Assembly (NCBI GenBank): GCA_013178305.1
Contig: JABLXB010000001.1
Span: forward strand, 656,253 to 688,252
Direction: 5' to 3'
DNA: 32,000 nt
DNA from: Bacillota bacterium
GTDB taxonomy: Bacteria > Bacillota > Sulfobacillia > JABLXB01
Part shown: one piece after another, positions 26,783 through 32,000 of the stretch
How the letters are laid out: every line of letters starts with the position of its first letter
How positions within the stretch are numbered: the stretch's first letter is position 1
The notes under the pieces: generated by a model
Seen by the model: the letters and a program-made list of their open reading frames with translations, nothing else
Databases searched by the model: none
What the model was told of the DNA's origin: nothing
Translations under genes and position numbers: made by a program

Positions 26783-26820
26783 GGCACCCGCCCGTCAGCG
26801 GCGCGGGTGCCACTGTTTCC
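26783..26820. terminator. Hairpin between convergent genes (putative bidirectional terminator)
   Basis: GGCACCCGC (26783-26791), an 11-nt loop, then GCGGGTGCC (26803-26811), followed by actgttt. U-tracts are weak in both directions. Confidence 0.5.
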
Positions 26821-26826
26821 GGGCGT

Positions 26827-27945
26827 TCACTCGACCCCGGCCGTCCCCCCGTCCCGCGCCGGGGTCTCGAGAGCCACTCCCTTGAAGAACTCGAAGTCCT
26901 CCAGGATTACGCGAACGAGTGAGGCATCCAGGTGGCCGGACTGCGCCATGTCCGTCATGAGCCGGGTGACCTCGTCGCGTTCCATTGCAGGGCGGTACGG
27001 GCGGGCCTGGTTCAACGCCTGGAACACGTCGCTCACGCACACCACCCTGCAGCCAACGTCGAGATCGTGACCGGTGGCGCCGAACGGGTACCCCAACCCA
27101 TCGAGTCGTTCGTGGTGGTACGACCCCCACGTGGCGATCTCGCTGAACACCGGGAGCCGCCGGAGTATCCGGTAGCTGTGATATGGGTGCTCCCTCATAA
27201 CCGCACGTTCAAGGGGGGTCAAGGGGCCAGGCTTGTCGAGGATCTCGTCGGGGATGCCGAGCTTCCCCAGGTCATGGAGGAATCCTGCGAGCCTTATCAG
27301 GCCGACGTCGCGATCGGACAGACCGGCCCTCGCCGCAAGATGGGCAGCCACCGCGGCGACGCCGGCGGAATGCCACCTCGTAAACGGGCTCTTGTCGTCG
27401 ATGACCTCCGCGTATATCCTCGACAGCGGCTCGATGTCGGCAGGGCTGAGATTGACTCCCACGGGTGGCGCGACACCGAGGATGTACCTGTCAAGGTCCT
27501 CTGACATCAGATCTAGCCAGAACGAATCTTTCTCGGCGATGCGTTCGAATGCGCGAACCAGGGCGGGGTCGAACACCCCCGGCGTCCGGAACCTGATCCT
27601 GTCGATCATCGAGCGCTTCTCATGCAGCACGTGCCGGGCGTAATGGGCGAGGATCGTGGCGCGGTCCGCGAGGTGGATGATCCTTGACCCGAGAGGGATG
27701 CCGGCGCCGCTCTTCCCGCGTGGATTGTCTCCATAGAACCTGTCGTGGTGGTGCGCCACCAGCTCGGACACCCCGGGCAATCCAGGCAAGGATGCAAGCA
27801 GCCGGGCACCGCGTTCGGCGTGCTCGAAGGGGCTGTCCACCTCGAATTGGACGAGCCTCAGGCGCTGCGCGGAGGTGGACACCCCCGCGTCGTGGACCAG
27901 TGAGGCCCAGAACACGTCTCGCCGCACATCCGGGGTCGCGCCCAC
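26827..27945 (-). CDS. Tandem HD / HD-GYP domain protein (putative c-di-GMP phosphodiesterase); true start probably upstream of 27945
   Basis: The C-terminal domain is canonical (FLHDLGKLGIP...YHHERLDGLGYP). The N-terminal domain is degenerate (LVHDAGV...AHHHDRFYG). The frame stays open to about 28120 and the upstream part translates to HD-domain-like sequence (see finding). Confidence 0.85.
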   Translation of the reverse strand: MGATPDVRRDVFWASLVHDAGVSTSAQRLRLVQFEVDSPFEHAERGARLLASLPGLPGVSELVAHHHDRFYGDNPRGKSGAGIPLGSRIIHLADRATILAHYARHVLHEKRSMIDRIRFRTPGVFDPALVRAFERIAEKDSFWLDLMSEDLDRYILGVAPPVGVNLSPADIEPLSRIYAEVIDDKSPFTRWHSAGVAAVAAHLAARAGLSDRDVGLIRLAGFLHDLGKLGIPDEILDKPGPLTPLERAVMREHPYHSYRILRRLPVFSEIATWGSYHHERLDGLGYPFGATGHDLDVGCRVVCVSDVFQALNQARPYRPAMERDEVTRLMTDMAQSGHLDASLVRVILEDFEFFKGVALETPARDGGTAGVE

Positions 27946-28122
27946 CAGGTCGACGATGCGAAGCGATACGTAGGCGACCTCGATCCCGTGGCGCAGTCTG
28001 GGGAACGCCCCCCGTCCGACCAGGTCCAGGGCGCTGGCGAGGGTGATGAGAACCTCGTTGACTGTCGCGGCCTTGTGGCCGCCGGCGCCGGCCAGCTTTC
28101 GCTGCGTGTAAGATCCCCTCCT

Positions 28123-30042
28123 TTACGCCAGGTTGGACAGGGCCTCCTTGATCTTGCCGGCTAGGACCGGGCCGATCCCCTCGACCGCCGAGATATCCTC
28201 GGAGGCGGCCCGGGCTATACCCCGTACTGAGCCGAAACGCCTCAGTAAAGCCGACTTCCGCTTTGCCCCGATGCCCGGGATCTCGTCCAGGAGCGATCTG
28301 AGTCCCTGTCTGCCCCTGAGTTTTCTGTGATATCCTACGGCGAATCTGTGCGCCTCGTCCCTGAGTCGCTGAATTAAGTAAAGTGCCTTCGAATCCCTGG
28401 GGAGAATGACGGGATCTGGCCGGCCGGGCAGGAATATCTCTTCCTCCTGCTTGGCGAGGCCGATAACCGGGATGTGCAGGAGGCCGAGCGCCTTCAGCAC
28501 CTCGAGCGCCGCACTGAGCTGACCCTTGCCGCCGTCAACCAAGATAAGGTCGGGAAATTCGGCGAAGCCCTCCGGCGGCTCGCCCCGCGGCGACGCGTCG
28601 GCGCGCTCCTCCCGCTCCGCCAGCCCCCTCCGGAAGCGCCTGAACAACACCTCCTGCATCATGGCGAAGTCGTCCGGCGTCTCTCTGGACTTGATCCTGA
28701 ACTTCCGGTACTGGCTCTTGTCGGGTCTCCCGTCGCGGAACACGACCATGGAGCCGACCGGTTGCCTGCCCTGGATGTTCGAAATGTCGTAACCCTCGAT
28801 GCGGTGAGGGCTCTCCGTCAGGCCCACGGCCGACGACAGGCCTTCGAGCGCCGACCGGATCTCCTCCGCCTCGCGTTCCTCCTCCGGCTTCATTTCTTCG
28901 ATAGCGAGGCGCGCGTTGGTGATAGCCATCTCCACGAGCTCGCGCGGCTTTCCCCTCGACGGGACCCGCGTGCGAACCCTCGCTCCTCGTAGACCCGACA
29001 GCCACTCCTCTATTGCTTCGAAGTCCGCCGGTTCGGCCGGCAGGAGGATCTCGGGGGGAACGGAGCTCGCGGACGAATAATGCAGTTTCAGGAACGACCC
29101 GGCGATCTCACCCGGCTCGGCGCCGGCTGCGTCGGATAGCGCGAACGTCTCCCTCCCGACCATCTTGCCGTCCCTGATCTGGAACACCTGCGCCACAGCG
29201 TCGTTCCCCGCGGTGGCGACGCCCACGACGTCCCTGTCTTTCATGTCGGTGAAGATGATGTTCTGCTTCTCCGCGATATCCTCGACGGCCCGGATCTGAT
29301 CGCGCAGCCGAGCCGCTTCCTCGAAGTCCAAGCGTTCTGCGGCGCCCTGCATCCTCGACCTGAGACGCGACACCACGTCGCGGGTCCTCCCTTCCAGGAA
29401 GGAACACATGTCGCGGATCATGCCGCCGTAGGCCTCTTTGCCGACGTGGCCGCAGCACGGCCCCAGGCACCTGCCGATCTGGTAGTTCAGGCAGGGCCTC
29501 CTCGCGTTCCTGAAGGCGTCGTTGCTGCACGTCCTGTACGGGAACACCCTGCGCAGGAGGTCGAGGGTCTCACGCAGAGACCCGGCGCGGGTGTACGGGC
29601 CGAAGTACCTGGAGCCGTCCTTCTTCATGGACCTCGCAATCAGGGCGCGCGGCCAGTCCTCATCGAGGGTAATGCGGAGATACGGAAAATGCTTGTCGTC
29701 GCGGAGCTTGATGTTATACCGGGGCCGGTACTTCTTGACCAGGTTCGATTCGAGGATTAGGGCTTCGACTTCCGAGCCCGTGGTGATGTACTCGAGATCG
29801 GCGATGTTCGCGGTGAGGCCGGTCAGGCGCCTTGTGTACGCCTGTCCCACCTGGAAATACGAACGGACTCTGTTGCGGAGTGATATGGCCTTGCCGATAT
29901 ATATCACTTTACCCCGGGAGTCCTTGAAAAGGTACACGCCCGGGAGTTCGGGAAGGTTGCGCACCTTCTCGATCAGTTCGGACGCCGGCGCTTCCGCAGG
30001 GATCGCCGGGCCCTCGCTAACTCTCCCGTCGCCGGCCGCCAT
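28123..30042 (-). CDS. uvrC: Excinuclease ABC subunit C
   Basis: 639 aa. N-terminal GIY-YIG (PGVYLFKDSRGKVIYIGKAISLRNRVRSYF), a UVR domain, an endonuclease domain, and C-terminal (HhH)2 (IPGIGAKRKSALLRRFGS). Confidence 0.95.
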   Translation of the reverse strand: MAAGDGRVSEGPAIPAEAPASELIEKVRNLPELPGVYLFKDSRGKVIYIGKAISLRNRVRSYFQVGQAYTRRLTGLTANIADLEYITTGSEVEALILESNLVKKYRPRYNIKLRDDKHFPYLRITLDEDWPRALIARSMKKDGSRYFGPYTRAGSLRETLDLLRRVFPYRTCSNDAFRNARRPCLNYQIGRCLGPCCGHVGKEAYGGMIRDMCSFLEGRTRDVVSRLRSRMQGAAERLDFEEAARLRDQIRAVEDIAEKQNIIFTDMKDRDVVGVATAGNDAVAQVFQIRDGKMVGRETFALSDAAGAEPGEIAGSFLKLHYSSASSVPPEILLPAEPADFEAIEEWLSGLRGARVRTRVPSRGKPRELVEMAITNARLAIEEMKPEEEREAEEIRSALEGLSSAVGLTESPHRIEGYDISNIQGRQPVGSMVVFRDGRPDKSQYRKFRIKSRETPDDFAMMQEVLFRRFRRGLAEREERADASPRGEPPEGFAEFPDLILVDGGKGQLSAALEVLKALGLLHIPVIGLAKQEEEIFLPGRPDPVILPRDSKALYLIQRLRDEAHRFAVGYHRKLRGRQGLRSLLDEIPGIGAKRKSALLRRFGSVRGIARAASEDISAVEGIGPVLAGKIKEALSNLA

Positions 30043-30045
30043 ACC

Positions 30046-32000
30046 TCATCTATCGCCTCCGGCCGCAAGTTCCAGGCGCCTGCGCCGCTCTCGCGGGTCG
30101 AGCGCCACCTTCAGGAACTGTCCGGTGTACGAGCTCTTCACCGAGGCTACCTGCTCGGGAGTCCCTTCGGCGATGACTCGCCCGCCCTGGTCACCGCCCT
30201 CCGGACCGAGGTCGATGATGTAGTCGGCGGTCTTGATCACGTCCATGTTGTGCTCTATGACGACCACGGTCGAACCGGCGTCCACCAGGCGCTGCAACAC
30301 CTCCAGCAGTCTCCTGGTGTCCGCGAAATGGAGCCCCGTGGTCGGTTCGTCCAGGATGTACATTGTTCTCCCGTTGCCCCGCCTGCACAGCTCGGTCGCC
30401 AGCTTGACCCTCTGCGCCTCGCCGCCCGAGAGCGTGGTGGCCGGCTGGCCCAGCCGTATGTACCCGAGGCCGACGTCGTGCATGGTCTGGAGTTTTCGCT
30501 GTATCTTCGGTATGTTGGCGAAGAACTCGAGCGCTTCCTCTACCGTCATGTCGAGGACCTGTGATATGTTCTTGCCCTTGTACTTGACCTCGAGCGTCTC
30601 CCTGTTGTATCGCGCTCCCTTGCACACCTCGCAGGGCACGTACACGTCGGGGAGGAAGTGCATCTCTATCTTGATTATCCCGTCGCCGCGGCACGCCTCG
30701 CAGCGCCCACCCCGCACGTTGAACGAGAACCTCCCGGGCCTGTACCCGCGGGCCCTCGCCTCCTGCGTCACCGCGAACATCTCGCGGATCGGGTCGAACG
30801 CGCCCGTGTAAGTCGCGGGGTTGGAGCGCGGCGTCCTGCCTATCGGCGACTGGTCGATCTCGATCACCTTGTCCAGGTGTTCGAGGCCCAGTATCGCTTC
30901 GTGCTCGCCTGCTTTGAGTCTCGATCCGAACATCTCGTTGGCGAGCTTCCGGTACAGTATCTCGTTGACGAGCGTGCTCTTGCCGGACCCCGATACGCCC
31001 GTGACGCACACGAACATGCCCAGCGGGAACTCCACATCTATCCCCTTGAGGTTGTGCTCGCGGGCGCCCTTGACGACAATGTACCTGCCGTCTGGTTCCC
31101 GCCGGCGCCCAGGCACAGGTATGGACTCCACGCCGCCGAGGTACCTGCCGGTCACGGAGGCAGGGTTGTCGATGATATCGCGCACGGTCCCGCTAGCCAC
31201 CACGCGGCCGCCGTGCTCCCCGGCCCCTGGCCCGATGTCGATAACGTGGTCGGACTCCCACATGGTGTCCTCGTCGTGCTCCACCACGATAAGCGTGTTG
31301 CCAAGATCGCGCAGCCGCTTCAGAGTCGACAGCAGCCTGTAATTGTCCCGTTGATGAAGCCCTATGCTGGGCTCGTCCAGGATATAGAGGACGCCCATCA
31401 GGCCCGACCCGATCTGCGTCGCGAGGCGGATCCGCTGCGCCTCCCCGCCCGCGAGGCTGCCTGCGGAGCGGTCGAGCGTGAGGTAGTCCAGCCCTACGTT
31501 CACCATGAACGTGAGACGCTCCCTGATCTCCTTCAGTATCTGGTGAGCTATCAGGCGCTGCCGGTCGTCCAGATTCAGTTCATCGAAGAACTTCAACGCT
31601 CGTGAAACCGACATGCGGGCCACGTCGGCGATTGACAGGCCCGCGATCTTGACCGCGAGGGCCTCGGGTTTGAGCCTCAACCCCTTGCACGCCGGGCAAG
31701 GGCGCGAGGACATGTACTCCTCGATCTCCTGGCGCATCGCCTCGCTCGTCGACTCGCGATAACGTCGTTCGAGGTTTCTGACGACCCCCTCGAATGGGGC
31801 CTCCCAGGCGCGGCGGGTGCCGAACTCGTTCTCGTAGAGGAACCTCACCGGACGGCCCTTCGTGCCGTACAGGATTGTGTCGATCTGCTCGGGCGCCAGA
31901 TCCTCGACGGGGGCTTCCATGCTGAATCCGTATTCCCTGGCCACCGTCTCGAGCATCTGGTAGTAGTACGTACTCGTGCTCTTGCTCCACGGGGCTATTG
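30046..32000 (-). CDS. uvrA: Excinuclease ABC subunit A (N-terminus beyond the right window edge)
   Basis: The track ORF starts at an internal Met (31956). The frame stays open to the edge (..[25 protein letters not shown], compare E. coli YYFQMLKSLADHY). Zinc finger [19 protein letters not shown] signatures LSGGEAQR (twice), and Walker [10 protein letters not shown]. Confidence 0.95.
   Translation of the reverse strand, partial: IAPWSKSTSTYYYQMLETVAREYGFSMEAPVEDLAPEQIDTILYGTKGRPVRFLYENEFGTRRAWEAPFEGVVRNLERRYRESTSEAMRQEIEEYMSSRPCPACKGLRLKPEALAVKIAGLSIADVARMSVSRALKFFDELNLDDRQRLIAHQILKEIRERLTFMVNVGLDYLTLDRSAGSLAGGEAQRIRLATQIGSGLMGVLYILDEPSIGLHQRDNYRLLSTLKRLRDLGNTLIVVEHDEDTMWESDHVIDIGPGAGEHGGRVVASGTVRDIIDNPASVTGRYLGGVESIPVPGRRREPDGRYIVVKGAREHNLKGIDVEFPLGMFVCVTGVSGSGKSTLVNEILYRKLANEMFGSRLKAGEHEAILGLEHLDKVIEIDQSPIGRTPRSNPATYTGAFDPIREMFAVTQEARARGYRPGRFSFNVRGGRCEACRGDGIIKIEMHFLPDVYVPCEVCKGARYNRETLEVKYKGKNISQVLDMTVEEALEFFANIPKIQRKLQTMHDVGLGYIRLGQPATTLSGGEAQRVKLATELCRRGNGRTMYILDEPTTGLHFADTRRLLEVLQRLVDAGSTVVVIEHNMDVIKTADYIIDLGPEGGDQGGRVIAEGTPEQVASVKSSYTGQFLKVALDPRERRRRLELAAGGDR

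Noticed and set aside
26803-26816. GCCACTG heptamer resembling the conserved 3-prime part of the cobalamin-riboswitch B12 box.
   Set aside because: It is part of the terminator stem between convergent genes, there is no downstream gene on that strand, and none of the other conserved riboswitch helices are recognisable. No B12 riboswitch was seen upstream of the corrinoid genes either.
28047-28140. One-nucleotide disagreement between my manual indexing of the printed sequence and the ORF-track coordinates around the uvrC stop.
   Set aside because: Most likely my own counting or reading error. ORF-track coordinates were used for the CDS calls, and hand-derived positions in this interval should be read as +/-1 nt.

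Overview
High-GC, almost fully coding bacterial chromosomal window. Strong AAGGAGG-type Shine-Dalgarno sites, rapZ-yvcK synteny and a LevR-type regulator suggest a Bacillota-like organism (low-confidence guess). Layout: (1) 1-4450, minus-strand operon: pyruvate-kinase-C-domain-like protein, cupin-type PGI-like protein, PHP phosphoesterase, rapZ/yvcJ and yvcK, which runs off the left edge. (2) 4599-7598, a ~1000-aa sigma-54-dependent LevR-like PTS regulator. It is followed by a near-consensus -24/-12 promoter (GGCACG-N4-TTGCT, 7653-7667) and a seven-gene plus-strand operon: class II aldolase/epimerase, Gat-type EIIB, EIIC and EIIA, then a URO-D-family (MtaA-like) methyltransferase, a divergent EIIB-like protein and a DxHxxG corrinoid protein. 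A PTS coupled to a corrinoid methyl-transfer module is, to my knowledge, undescribed and is the top finding. (3) ~12.73-25.88 kb, a visibly lower-GC island with 13 tightly packed minus-strand genes and no mobility genes: ribose-type sugar ABC transporter, cyclase-family hydrolase, two SDRs, FGGY kinase, YhfZ-family regulator, fold-type-III PLP enzyme, YjbQ, degenerate HAD-like protein, sugar-phosphate isomerase and an M24-fold protein. This is an orphan catabolic locus. (4) Right end: SIMPL-domain protein, tandem HD/HD-GYP protein, uvrC and uvrA (uvrA runs off the right edge). I recognised no rRNA, tRNA, CRISPR array, transposase or integrase. All family calls come from motif recognition by eye; no database search was possible.
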